A stretch of 64,000 nt of DNA, from the NCBI RefSeq assembly GCF_009914755.1, contig NC_060932.1; one strand, written 5' to 3'. Of the stretch, positions 1 to 19,328 are shown piece by piece. The notes under the pieces are model-generated. The model did not search any database and was not told the DNA's origin. It saw only the letters and a program-made list of their open reading frames with translations. Within the stretch, counting starts at the first letter, position 1; each line of letters begins with the position of its first letter. Both the position numbers and the translations under genes were made by a program. The stretch comes from the human T2T-CHM13v2.0 reference genome, Homo sapiens.

Positions 1-200
1 TGTGTTATATTGTATATTATAATTATATTATTTATAATAAACAATAATACATTAAAATCAAATTAATTGTTTTGCATCATTGATTAATGGTTAATTAATG
101 ATTGATGCACAAAAAAGGGGCAATTTTTTTTGAAGCAAAGATGCAGTCAAATGAATGTGCAGATAAATACTGCAAGCAGTGGATTAAAATTCAGGGAGTT

Positions 201-495
<295 letters not shown>

Positions 496-808
496 ATTCA
501 GGGAGTTCAAACTCCTGTGTGACGGGGAAGATGATTTGCACAAAGGCACATCCACATAAAAAGTGGCACATTCAGGAATACACTCAGCATTCCAGCATTC
601 TTGATTCCCAGACTTAAGATTTTCCACTACTCTATGCTGCTGTGTTGGAGAGTAGTGAGAAGTAAGGCTGGACAGGTGGAGCCTGAGGGGGTTTGGGCCT
701 TGAGAATCCAAGCTAAGGTACCTGAGTAGAGAAGCATCACAGAAGAGGCACTAGCCAATGGAGGAAAGCTATCATGGGTTTACACAGTGAGGAAAGAATT
801 GATTTCTG

Positions 809-1073
809 GGCCAGGCATGGTGGCTCATGCCTGTAATCCTAGCACTTTGGGAGGCCAAGGCAGGCAGATCACCTGAGGCCAGGAGTTAGAGACCAGGTTG
901 GCCAACATAGCGAAACCCCTTCTCTACTAAAAAAAAAATACAAATATTGGCCAGGCATGGTGGTGCATGCCTGTAATCCCAGCTACTCAGGAGGCTGAGG
1001 CAGGAGAGTTGCTTGAACCCACCACTGCACTCCAGCCTGGGTGACAGAGAGAGACTCCGTCTCAAAAAAAAAA
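809..1073 (+). mobile_element. Alu with a right-arm deletion
   Basis: GAACCC|ACCACTGCAC junction; TSD AAAGAATTGATT. Confidence 0.9.
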
Positions 1074-2145
1074 GAATTGATTCCATTCTATAATCAGTAA
1101 ACATCTAATGGTTTGACAAGTATTCAGCATCAGAATGAGAAATTTGGCATTAGGTAATTTATAATAAACACAAAAGATAAATAGGAAATAAGACAATATG
1201 GCCTGGATTTGATAGCAGACACCTGTGCCTAATGGATGATGGGTGTCTGCCAACATTCATAAGCTTCAAAGATGCATCCCAGCCACAGACATAAAGCACT
1301 GATATATAGGATGTCCTTGGGTACACAGGGCAGTTTCCTATGCTAGGGACATATCTTGCTTTAATTTCTCAGCAATGTTTTGTACTTTTCAGTGTAGAGG
1401 TCTTATACATCCTCCATGAGATATATCTCATGGTATTTTGTGTTTCTGATGCAGTTATAAATTATTTTAAAATTTTCATTCCATTTGAGTTTCTTTATCT
1501 TTCCCTTTTTAAAATATAATTCTTTTAAGTATTTACATATGTTGGACATCATATTAGATAACATATAAATTTTTTTAACCATCAAATATGAAACTCTCAG
1601 TTTTAAGGACTTTCTTAAAACTTGAAAAGTGTTGCTGCGGTAAAGAAAGAGGGGAAAAATATTTGCATAGAGACAAAGTTGAAAATATGAATTCCCTTAT
1701 TATGACCATAATTTTTTGTTAAGACATGGAACCAGAAGATTTTGTATCAGAATATAGTTGATTTTGTACTAACAATCAGTGATAAGACATATGATTCAGA
1801 ATAGCTAGCTGTACTCTTGTCTGATAGTTTTTTATTCCAGATACAAAGCAAAATTTAATATACCAAATTTAATTTTGCCACTGGTAACCATTATAAAATT
1901 GAAGACAGTTCTTCAAGAATATTTTGGTTTTCAAACAAAGCCATACTAAAAGATGCAAAAACATTCTTAAACATCCAAAATGTAATTAATAACATTATAA
2001 TTTAAATACTATAAAAAATAACACAAAGTTAAAGCACCAGACTGCCTACTTATTTCAAAAAGTTATTAAAAAGAAAAAGACGTGTGTGGCAGACATTAAT
2101 TGCCTACTAAAAATCCATTCTTCCCTGCTTTCTTATTAATACAGT

Positions 2146-2470
<325 letters not shown>

Positions 2471-3544
2471 TAGTGTGGGTGTCAATGTCCCCTGTTAAAG
2501 AGTACCTCCCCAGACTCCCTTGCTATTGGTGACCAGTAACCCACCTCTGGCCAATGAAAAACAAGTGTAATTCACTGGGTGGAACCCCTAAGGAAGTGTA
2601 TTAAAGATGGCCGACTCAGCACCAGGCCTTTTGACTTTCTCCCTTACTCCTTTCCCTGTTTCCTTCCGATAATGTAGCTCAGTGCTTGGAGATGGAGCAG
2701 CCATTTTGACACCGTGAGAATAAAAACATGTAAGAAAGCCAGGAGGATCTCTGGTCTCAGATGGCAGCATTAAGCTGCCATTACTACCCTAGTTTACCTA
2801 CTTGCGTGCCTGTTTATATAAGGGGGAAAAAAAAAAAACTAAAACCTTTTGGTTAATCAACTATGTCAGGGAAGGTCCTCGCCATCAGGATTTCTGATTC
2901 AGTGGGCTGGAGGTAGGACCCAGGAACTTACATCTTTCACATGAGCCCCAAATGATTCCCATGCCAGTAATCCAAGGATTATTTTACAGAAACTCTCCTT
3001 TGGTAGGTGTGAATTGGAAATTTAATGTTAACTGGGGAGTCAAGAGGATTATGAACTTGGGTGGGAGGGTAGCAAGTCAAATGATAAATTGCCAGTGGCA
3101 TACAAAAGTTTACAAATGACCGCTTAGGCTTGATGTTATGATTTACTAACATTTTCCTTGAATTTTCTAAATTATGCTATGTCACAGAGAAATGAATGCT
3201 GATGGTAAAACTGTAAATTGTTTGCAGCAGCAGATTAAGTCCTTCAATCCTGGTTTAACTTTATTATGAAATCCCATTGAATAACTGAAACAAGAGTATT
3301 TTCTTCCTGAGGACAGTTGCTCTATAAGATATTGTCTTGGGTGAACTATACCAAGAAATATAAGATCTATTTGATTCACAGAAGTGCAGTTCAAGCAGTT
3401 CTGTTTCTAAAAGGCAATACTAAATATAATAAATGGATGCCACACCAGTTTAAATGTATAAATGGTTTTCATTGTCAACATCAATGCCAGATAATTCAAT
3501 TTGTTTCTTCCTGAGATTATGATCTTATTTAGACATTAACCCGT

Positions 3545-4145
<601 letters not shown>

Positions 4146-4512
4146 CCCAGTTTTATTTTTTAACCATGACAGCTGTAGCTTTGTCTAGCGACAGCTCCCT
4201 TCTGAAAACAAATCCAGCAACATACTGTTGTTACACAAAGATACACTTATGCTATTGTTCCTTTTCTTTATAAGATAGTAAGCTCCTTAATGATATTTTT
4301 TTAAGATGGGTATCTCACTATGCTGCCCAGGTTGATCACAAACTCCTGGGTTCAAGCAATCCTCCCCTCTCAGCCTCCCTAGTAGCTGAGATTACAGGCG
4401 TGCACCACCACACCCAGTTCAGCTAACGCATTTAGAAGTAAATTGTATTGAGATGTAGGGTTATAATTCTTACACTGAAAAGTTTTGTAAAGTGTGTATA
4501 TAGCAGGTATAA

Positions 4513-4882
<370 letters not shown>

Positions 4883-5789
4883 GAATTCTTTCTTATGCAA
4901 GAGTTAGGCACTTAAGTGTGCTCAGGTATAGACCGAAATTAACTTTATATGTCTCTTAAATTATCCATGCAGTGTAATACAAATAATAGTTGTCCCTGGT
5001 CTTCAAAGACATGAATCCTTAAATACAGAATCCATACTTTCACACTTTCAGAGCTAGAAAGAACTGAGAAGAACTGACCGACAGGTTCAGACTGCCCATA
5101 TCTGCCAAAGGCAGGGCATTCAGAGGAAAAGAAGGAAGTCACGGCCCTGCAGCAGTTCAGTCTGTTGGGGATGACAGCTTGTAAACAAGTAATTATAGTG
5201 GCTGTATCACGGGCCCATAAAGGAGAAAGCTGTGCGTTTGAGCCAGGGAGAAGGGCAGGCAGCCCGGGAAGACATCTGAGAGGAGGTACTGGCATGAGAG
5301 CGATATTGTAAAGGATGGCAAAAATAAGTCTGTGTGTGTTGCTCAGACAGAGGAAGGGCGTGACGTGGGGCAGGGATCATTTCCCAAGGCCAAAGCACAG
5401 GGTGTTTTTGAAGAGGGGCTAGATATCATGTCAGAGAGATTAAGCCCACAGTGAAAAACACCTCAAACACAATGCCGAGAAATTTTAACTTTATTCTGTA
5501 AATAATGGGGAGCCATTGAAGGATATTCAGCAGGAAAATGAATTGACCAGATACGCATGTTAGAAAATTTCCTCTGATTTTATGTGTTGTTTACAGTCCT
5601 TTTTGTATATCAGTCAGTATGAGAACCTTCGTAAGGAAATTGACCCCTTAACATAACCACTCTAATTTCTTTATATTTCCTCTGAAATTAGCACACAAAA
5701 TAAGAACAACTTCCCATGTACCTCTATGTAGTGTTCTGATTATGACCCTTGGAGACTTCTCTCTGAATTTTTTTTTTTTAATCAATGCA

Positions 5790-7893
<2,104 letters not shown>

Positions 7894-8393
7894 TTCCCTT
7901 TAAATTCTTTCCTGACATACAAGTCTGTGGCCTGCGTCTCTGAGCACAGGGTGGCTTTCCTGGAATCCTGGAGGAATGGAATTGGGGGATCCAGTCTTGT
8001 CCTCTGTTGATCAATATCTTCTATGGTTCCCTATCACCTTCTGGACTAAGCCCAAGGCCTGCATTGTCCTTCCAAAGCCTTTTGAGATCTGACCCCTATC
8101 TATCATCAATTCTCCCTGAGCACCCCCTAGTGGTACTTTAGGCACTAGCACTGTCAAAGTCCTGTTGATGTCCAATCACCCATATTCTCTCGCGCCCCCA
8201 CTCCCCCACCCACCATGCTTATGGACACATTGTTCCCGCTGCCTAAATGACCATCTGGCAAATGAACCTTGTCTGTGAGCAAACGTTTCCTTTCATTTAT
8301 CCTACCTCACTGCCTTAGTAAAACATGCCCTCAGATTATAGGTTCTCCTCTCTATCTGCTCTACAGCACTGGTGATTCTGTAATTATTCTAGT

Positions 8394-9738
8394 GAGGACC
8401 AGCTACATAATTCGTGGGGTCCAGTGCAAAATGAAAATGAGGGGTCCCCTTGCTCCAGAATGACGGCATCTGTTTGCCATGTACCTGGATGCAACCTGCC
8501 CCTGGGGAGCTGCCCTTGCCCCATCCTTTTGAGCCATGGCACGGTCCTGCATCTCCAATACCAAATCTGACTCCAAAACTGTGTGGTGTGACATACAAGT
8601 GACTGAACGCTTCCTGGGGAGCTGGGGTTGGGGGCACTTCAACCACCACACAGCACAGCTTCATCAAAATGCAGCTTGCGACTTCTCCCCCAGGTGCCTT
8701 CCCGCTGCTGCGGGCCTCTGCTCCTTCACTTCCAACATCTCTCAAAATAAAAATCCCTCCTCCCGCTCTGAGCGATTCAGCTCTGCCTGCAGCTTGTACA
8801 TGTCTCTCCCCTGGCAAAACAAGAGCTGGGTAGTTTAGCCAAATGGCGCCCCCTCGAGGCCACTGCAGGTCCTTCATTCACCCCGTCACATACAGAGGGG
8901 TTCTGAGTAAAAACAAAACGTTCTGCCGCTCAGGCCAGTGTGGCAAACACTCAGCCAAGCCTCAGGATCCTTCCGGGGAGAGTGTAGGTAGACAGTGTCC
9001 TGCTCGGGGGGCAGGGGTGTCCCAAGGGCTGGCCCGCCTGCTGTCTGCTCCTCCTGGCCCCTGGTCAGGCGGCAGCCAGAGTCCCTCTGGACCTGCATCC
9101 TCGCCCCAGCAGAAGTCTTTTGTCCAGGGGCCAAAAAGCCAGAGATTCCGCAACAAGAATTCAAAGCAAACACAACAAAACAAAATTCATGGAAAGTAGA
9201 TGACTGCTAAGATATGGCAGGGGGGCCTGGAGGGAGCCTCCGGCTCTGACCTGCTCTGGGACGGGCCGCCTTCTCCTCCGCATGTTGCTCAGTTTCTGCC
9301 CCTGACGCTGGAGCTCACAGAGACGACTTCCTTGTCCTGGTTCTCAACAGAGCTGTAGCTGACTCTGGCATTACCAAGCCTCCCCACATGCCCAGCCCCC
9401 TCACTCCAAAATCCTACTGGCTGTAACAGAGAATACCTTTGAACCAAGATTCTGTTTTAATCATAATTTACATTGTTTTCTTTCCAAAGGCCCCCTTGTA
9501 TACCCTCCCTAACCCACAAAACTGTTAACATTGTCTTAAGGTGAAATGGCTGTAAAATCAGTATTTAACTAATAAATTTATCTGTATTCCTCTTTCAAAA
9601 AAAAAGAGGAGTCCCCTGTTCCAAAACTATTAAGCATTTCAAGACAGCAACAGCAGAGCATTAAACCGAGCATGGGATCCTCCTGAGCCCCGTGCCATGT
9701 ACGACTGCCCAGCTTGCACACCCATGATGCCAGCCTTG
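8394..9738 (-). mobile_element. MER45A-like hAT MITE, split into 8394-8450 and 9601-9738 by the retrocopy
   Basis: The halves GGACCAGCTACATAATTCGTGGGGTCCAGTGCAAAATGAAAA and ...GCACACCCATGATGCCAGCCTTG join into a MER45A-like element. Confidence 0.7.
8451..9600 (+). pseudogene. Processed (L1-mediated) retrocopy of an unidentified mRNA 3' region
   Basis: AATAAA at 9571-9576, A-tail from 9597, 17-bp TSD AAAATGAGGGGTCCCCT (8434-8450) / AAAAAGAGGAGTCCCCT (9601-9617). Interrupts MER45A. Confidence 0.8.
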
Positions 9739-9933
9739 ACCCTAGCGTGTGTGTACTAAGGACAGTGAAGACAGAAACTGCATCTGTGATCCATGCGTTC
9801 TCCAGGCCTTGGTCAGTGCCCCCCGACCCCTGCACACACACACATAGACACAAAAATGACAGCTGAGTGGATGTACAAATGAATGAATGAGCAATGTTGA
9901 AGATAGTTTTTATTCTACAGAAGACTGTATGCA

Positions 9934-10388
9934 TGTAGTAGTTTCCTAAGGCTGCCATAACAAATGGCCACAACTCAGTGGCTTGAAACAACAGAAATTT
10001 ATTTTCTCATAGTTCTGGAGGCTAGAAGTCCAAAGTGAAGGTGCTGGCAGGGCCATGCTCCCTCTGAAGGCTCTAGGGAAGAATCCTTCCTTGCCTCTTC
10101 CTAGATTCTGGCAGCTCTGGCTATCCTTGGCGTTCCTTGGATTGCAACCACATCACTCCCATCTCTGACTCCACCTTCATATGGTATTCTTCCCTCTGCG
10201 TGTATCTTCAGGCATCTCCTCTTCTTATAAGGGCACCATTCATTAGATTTAATGCCCACCTGAATCCAGTATAACCTCATCTTAACTATTTACATCTGCA
10301 AAGATCCCCATTTCCAAATAAGATCACATTCTGAGATTCCAGATGAACTTGAATTTGAGGGTGGGCACTCACTATTCAACCCACTACA
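9934..10388. mobile_element. MLT1 (MaLR) LTR
   Basis: TGTAGTAGTTTCCTAAGGCTGCCATAACAAA ... TTCAACCCACTACA. Confidence 0.8.
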
Positions 10389-11052
10389 TTTGTTAATAGG
10401 ACATTCTTCAGAATGCCTCAAGGGTATTTGTTGCTGATATATGTTTAACAATGACGTGACTTGTAACTTAATTTTATTTGCCAAGGGAACCTCGAAGGAT
10501 CCATAAAACCATACAGGCTGTAAAGAGGCATGTATAATAAATGAAGTATAACCTGGGGAACTAAACATTTTTAGATGTGGTCATGCAACCAGTTATTGTT
10601 GAAATATCTTGGAAATGTGAAGGGCAACAACAACAACAAAAATAAACAGGAAGATGCCCAATTTTCCATAGAAAACTTAAGTGAAATCCAGAACTGCAAA
10701 GTTTTCCGCCTGCATTTACACAATGGCTTCCTGGGTTAGGGCTTCCTGTAGCAGAGCCCTAACACCATTGATTCCCCCTCCTTCTAGGTGGAGACTAGGG
10801 GAAAGTCTAGCATGGCTAGAATGCCCCTGAGGCTCAGCAGTTTGCATAAATTGTTTATTAAGGGTTAGGAACAGTCTATCACTTTACATATGTTAAGTAG
10901 ATAGGGATCTCAGCCAGGCCCCTTGGGGGTTTTAATTAAAATAAAGTGTTAACATTTATTTTTCTTTGTGGAATGTTTATTGTTTCATTAATTGTTTAAG
11001 CTATCACAGAAGCATGGAGGGTTTAAGGTTTTGTTAATGTGTTCCCCTGTAA

Positions 11053-11785
<733 letters not shown>

Positions 11786-11809
11786 AAAGGAAAGAAAAAC
11801 TTCTGAGTC

Positions 11810-12032
11810 AAGAAAGAGAGAGAGAAGAAAGAGAGAGAGAAAGAAAGAAAAGAAAAGAAGGAAGGAGGGAGGGAGGGAAGGAAGGAAGGAAAGAGAAAGA
11901 AAGAAAGAGAAGGAAGGAAAGAAAGAAAGAAAAAGAAAGAAGGAGGGAAGAAGGAGGAGGAGGAGAAGGAAGGAAGAGAAAGAAAGAAAAGAAAGAAAGA
12001 GAAAGAAAGAGAGAAAGAAAAAAAGAAGGAAG
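11810..12032. repeat. Polypurine (GAAA/GGAA/GA)n tract
   Basis: About 220 bp of purine-only sequence. Confidence 0.95.
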
Positions 12033-12544
12033 ACTGACTTTTGAGTCACCGAATGCTAATAGAGTTCTTCTGTGGGCATCCATGCTGTCATATTCCACCT
12101 TGCCACCCTTTCCCCTATTTCCTCCAAGTGCAGCAGAAGATGCCGCAGCCTCTCAACCAACCAACCATGCTAGTGTGTGGTGGATTTATTTGTAGGGAGC
12201 TGATGGTTCTGGTCTTTTCTCTCAAGACTCATTTCCCTGAAATGGGCTATAGACTGGAACTGCTTTGCTGCCCCAGTGTTGCCAACGCCCCTTGTCTGGA
12301 ATGTATTCCTCCGGTGTAGCCTCAAGGGCATTGTTAGGAAGTATGATAAGATAAATCTCTGTTGCTGTCAGGTTGTGTCCTTAGATGCATTCTGAATACC
12401 CTCTCTCATGGGCTGAGTCTCTCAACCCCACCATACACAAAATGGAGCAAAGATTTTTATCCAGGACTGGATCCAGGACAGTGGGAGATTAGCAGGACCA
12501 AACAACATTTATTTCATCATTCATTTCATTGTGTCTTCCTTTTT

Positions 12545-13400
12545 TCATGTATTCACTAGATCAGCAAGTATTTATTGAATGTTTGCTATGTACTGGTCAC
12601 TGGGCTAAGCTCTGGAAGAGACAATGATGAATAAGGCTAAATAAGACAGTGATGAATAAGGCCATTCCATTTTCTTCCTTGACTTGCTGGAAGAAAATGG
12701 AAATATATAATATATAAGTAATGAGCAAATAAAGAAGAGAGCAGGTTATAAGAATGCACTAAGGAAATAAGGAGGATGCTGAGAAAAAGCAGCTTGGAAA
12801 AGGGCACTTTAGGTGGTCAGGTAAGGCTGCTCTGAAGGAGGAGGTGACATTTGACTGAGATTCATGAATTAAAAGGGATCCCTGTGAAGATCTGAAGGAG
12901 AGCATCCCCAAGAGCGGAAGCAGGGATAAATGCTGTCGGACAGCAGAGGACCTGGATCATGTTAAGAACAAACTGCAGACCAATGTGGCTACAGGAGAGT
13001 GAGCAAAGGTGAGATTGATGTGAGATGAGTTTATAAGGCTGGGCAGGGGCCAGATTGTGCTGGACTTAGGTGGGGGCATGTGGACAATGGCCTAAGTACA
13101 GTGGGAAGACAGTGGAGGGCTTTAAGTGTATGGAAAATGAATTCCAGGTACAAATGAGGATTGCAGTTTCTGGTTAGAGGGTTTTAAGTGCATGGAAAAT
13201 GAATTCCGGATACAAATGAGGATTGCAGTTTCTGGTTAGAAATCTGGGCAGGAGATAATGGTGACTGTACTAGGATGAAGGAATAGGTGTGGAGAGTTGT
13301 GGACACATTCAAGATATGTTTTAGATTAGCGTTAACAGACCTTGTTGGCAGAATGGTTGTAGAGAATTAGGAAAGGAAAGATGCAAGGATGACTCTTACA
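12545..13400. mobile_element. L2 fragment containing a 62-bp tandem duplication
   Basis: Typical L2 3' motifs (TATTTATTGAATGTTTGCTATGT; GAGGAGGTGACATTTGA). Confidence 0.6.
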
Positions 13401-13977
13401 ACTTTTTGAGAAGCTGGACAACCAAGGGGTCAAAGAAGAAATAGAAGAGAAATTATAAAGTATTTTGAGACAAAAATGAAAACAGAACATACCAAAACTG
13501 ACAGGATGCAGCAAAAGCACTACTAAAAGAGAAATTCAGAGTGATAAACACCTACATTAAGAAAGAAGAAAGATCTCAAATAAGCAACCTAACTTTACAT
13601 TTCAAGGAACTAGAAAAAGAAAAACAAATCTAAGCCCAAAGTTAGGAGAAGGAAAGAAATAATAAAAATTAGAGCAGAAATAAACGGAATAGAAAATGAA
13701 AAGCAATAGAAAAAAATCAACAAAACTAAGAGTTGGTTTTTTGAAAAGATAAACAAAATCGACAAACCCTTACCAAGACTAACTAAAAAAGAGAACACTC
13801 AAATAAACAAAATCACAAATGAAAGTAGAAACTTTACAACTGGTCCTACAGAAATAAAAAGCATAATAAGAGACTACTACGAACAGTTGTGTGTCTATGA
13901 ACCAGATAACCTGGAAGAAATGGGTAAGTTCCCAGAAACATACAACCAAGACTAAATCACAAAGAAATAAAAGATTT

Positions 13978-15582
13978 TTTTTTCTTTCTTTTTTTTTTAA
14001 TTGATCATTCCTGGGTGTTTCTCGCAGAGGGGGATTTGGCAGGGTCATAGGACAATAGTGGAGGGAAGGTCAGCAGATAAACAAGTGAACAAAGGTCTCT
14101 GGTTTTCCTAGGCAGAGGACCCTGCGGCCTTCCGCAGTGTTTGTGGCCCTGGGTACTTGAGATTAGGGAGTGGTGATGACTCTTAACGACCATGCTGCCT
14201 TCAAGCATCTGTTTAACAAAGCACATCTTGCACCGCCCTTAATCCATTTAACCCTGAATGGACACAGCACATGTTTCAGAGAGCACAGGGTTGGGGGTAA
14301 GGTCACAGATCAACAGGATCCCAAGGCAGAAGAATTTTTCTTAGTACAGAACAAAATGAAAAGTCTCCCATGTCTACTTCTTTCTACACAGACACAGCAA
14401 CCATCCGATTTCTCAATCTTTTCCCCACCTTTCCCCTCTTTCTATTCCACAAAACCGCCATTGTCATCATGGCCCGTTCTCAATGAGCTGTTGGGTACAC
14501 CTCCCAGACGGGCTCCTCACTTCCCAGTAGGGGCGGCCGGGCAGAGGCGCCCCTCACCTCCCAGACGAGGCGACTGGCCGGGCGGGGGGCTGACCCCCCC
14601 ACCTCCCTCCCGGACGGGGCGGCTGGCCTGGCGGGGGCTGACCCCCACCTCCCTCCCGGACGGGGTGCCTGCTGGGCGGAGATGCTCCTCACTTCCCAGA
14701 CGGGGTGGCTGCCGGGCGGAGGGGCTCCTCACTTCTCAGACGGGGCGGCTGCTGGGCAGAGGGGCTCCTCACTTCTCAGACGGGGCGGTTGCCAGGCGGA
14801 GGGTCTCCTCACTTCTCAGATGGGGCGGCTGGGCAGAGACGCTCCTCACCTCCCAGACGGGGCCACGGCCGGGCAGAGGCGCTCCTCACATCCCAGACGG
14901 GGCGGCAGGGCAGAGGCGCTCCCCACATCTCAGACGATGGGCGGCCGGGCAGAGACGCTCCTCACTTCCTAGATGGGATGGCGGCCGGGAAGAGGCGCTC
15001 CTCACTTCCTAGATGGGATGGCGGCCGGGCAGAGACGCTCCTCACTTTCCAGACTGGGCAGCCAGGCAGAGGGGCTCCTCACGTCCCAGATGGGGTGGCG
15101 GCCGGGCAGAGGCTGCACTCTCGGCACTTTGGGAGGCCAAGGCAGGCGGCTGGGAGGTGGAGGTTGTAGCGAGCCGAGATCACGCCACTGCACTCCAGCC
15201 TGGGCACCATTGAGCACTGAGTGAACCAGACTCCGTCTGCAATCCCGGCACCTCCGGAGGCCGAGGCTGGCGGATCACTCGCGGTTAGGAGCTGGAGACC
15301 AGCCCGGCCAACACAGCGAAACCCCGTCTCCACCAAAAAAATACGCAAACCAGTCAGGCGTGGCGGCGCGCGCCTGCAATCGCAGGCACTCGGCAGGCTG
15401 AGGCAGGAGAATCAGGCAGGGAGGTTGCAGTGAGCCGAGATGGCAGCAGTACCGTCCAGCTTCGGCTCGGCATCAGAGGGAGACCGTGGAAAGAGAGGGA
15501 GAGGGAGACCGTGGGGAGAGGGAGAGGGAGACGGGGAGAGGGGGAGAGGGGGAGAGGGAGAGAGGGAGAGAGGGAGAGAGGG
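13978..15582 (-). mobile_element. Full-length SVA retrotransposon
   Basis: (CCCTCT)n hexamer ~15490-15582, Alu-like region, GC-rich VNTR, SINE-R ~14000-14500, poly(A). 15-bp TSD AGAAATAAAAGATTT at 13963-13977 and 15583-15597. Confidence 0.96.
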
Positions 15583-15831
15583 AGAAATAAAAGATTTGAT
15601 CACTACCATGAAGATTGAGTTACTAACCCGAAACCTCCCAAGAAAGAAAGGCCCAGGACTAGAGGGCTTCACTGGTGAATTCTACCAAACATTTAAAGAA
15701 GAAATAACACCAATCCTTCTCAAACCTTGAAAAAATTGAAGAAGAAAGAACATTTCCAAACTCATTTTATGATGCCAGCATTATACCGATATCAAAGCCA
15801 GACAGAGATATCCCAAGAAAAGAAAACCATT

Positions 15832-17655
<1,824 letters not shown>

Positions 17656-18401
17656 ATTGCAAGAAGGAGAGGTTGAACGACCTCTCTAAGGCACCCCGGT
17701 AGGTGGCACAACTGGGGCTCAAATCCAGGCAGTCCCTCTGCTCATGACCATTACACCAGAATCTGGGAGGCATGTACTGTGGGTGAGATGACTCTTCATT
17801 AATCGGCACTGGGGAGAAGCCACACTAAAATATGCTCATGAAAATGCAACTCTGCAAGAGAAAAATGTCTGCCTGTTGCTTTTTTAATGGTTGAAATAAA
17901 ATTATATTCCTGTCACCACCAAGAGAAAGGCTTAGAGACTGGAGAATGGCTTAGATTATGCAATTGCTTCTTTGTCCTTGCCAAGGTAAGGACATTTTAT
18001 CTAATGGACATGAACACTGTCATCACTAAAAAAGTACATTCTGTCTCAGGATTTGGTGAATTTGTTTTCCCAAATTAATCTTCTGCAACTGTGTGATACT
18101 GTCTTTCTCTCTAGTCAGACTAGTCTGTTCACTTCCCCCAAAACACCCATTTCTGGGCCTTTTCTCAAACCAGTTATCTTCCTAGGATGTTCTTTTTCTC
18201 TCTCTCCTTATCAAAATCTTACCTTGTTTCAAGTCATTCAGTAACACAAGGTACATTTTAGATTGTCTGAGATGTAGCTTGTTAAATACAAGTTCTTGGG
18301 TCCTACCTCCAGAGATTCGTGTTCAGACTTGCTTAAATCTTGGGTGATTCCAGGTATTAGATTTTTAAGCATGCTCCCCAGATTCTGAAGGGGTGTGCGT
18401 G

Positions 18402-18403
<2 letters not shown>

Positions 18404-18440
<37 letters not shown>
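18404..18440. repeat. (TG)n microsatellite
   Basis: Direct reading. Confidence 0.95.
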
Positions 18441-18442
<2 letters not shown>

Positions 18443-18929
18443 GTAGGTAGTGAGGTCATTCTGAGGGAAACTGCTTTGGTAATGGGAATTTAAAAGATGG
18501 TTGGAGGCCAGAAGACCTCTGCACTAGAAAGAGCATTTGAAGCCATCCAGTTCCGCATTATAAATTTTCTTGTGAGGAAACTGGGGCCCAGAGAACGTAG
18601 CTCTACCTTGTAAATTTACTAATGCAGAAACTGAGGCCCAGATAATTTAAGTGACGTGCCCAGGATCACACAGTTATGAATTGGCTGAGCTGGTACAGCC
18701 ACAATCCCAGCTCTGTCTTTCTCTGACACAAGATTTTCCCTAGATTCCATAGCAATAAGCCCCAAACCCTGCCCTGACCACACGATACACCACCATCACC
18801 ACGGGAGGATTGCCTAGGCTGGGTTAAGACCCACACACGAGTTGTGTGGTCTTGTGCAAGTTACCCAGTCTCTCTTGGGCTCAGTTTCATTGTTAATAGA
18901 GCAGGTATAAAACTCAGCTCACAGGGCTG

Positions 18930-19328
18930 TTGATATGGTTTGGCTCTGTCCCCACCCAAATCTCATCTTGAATTGTGTCTCCCATAATTCCCACATGTTG
19001 TTGGAGGGACCAAGTGAGAGATAATTGAATCATGGGGGCAGTTTCCCCATACTCTTTTTTGTGGTAGTGAATAAGTCCCACAAGATCTGATGGTTTTATA
19101 AGAGGAATCCCCTTTCGCTTGGCTCTCATTCTTTCTTGCCTCCTGCCATGTAAGACGTGTCTTTTGCCTTCATCATGACTGTGAGGCCTCTCCAGCCACG
19201 TGGAACTGTGAGTCCATTAAACCTCTTTTTCTTAATAAATTACCCAGTCTCGGGTAATCAAGAGAACGCATGAGTGGCCTGTGTTGCACACATTCCATTT
19301 ATCAGCAGCATGAAAACGGACTAATATA
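18930..19328 (+). mobile_element. THE1 (MaLR) solo LTR
   Basis: TGATATGGTTTGGCTCTGTCCCCACCCAAATCTCATCTTG ... AGCATGAAAACGGACTAATA. Confidence 0.9.

Noticed and set aside
8389-9210. Overlapping 71-162 aa ORFs in the retrocopy
   Set aside because: No recognisable protein similarity; expected by chance in GC-rich UTR-derived sequence.
14170-15433. Cluster of long ORFs (up to 280 aa)
   Set aside because: They are read-throughs of the GC-rich SVA VNTR and SINE-R, not genes.
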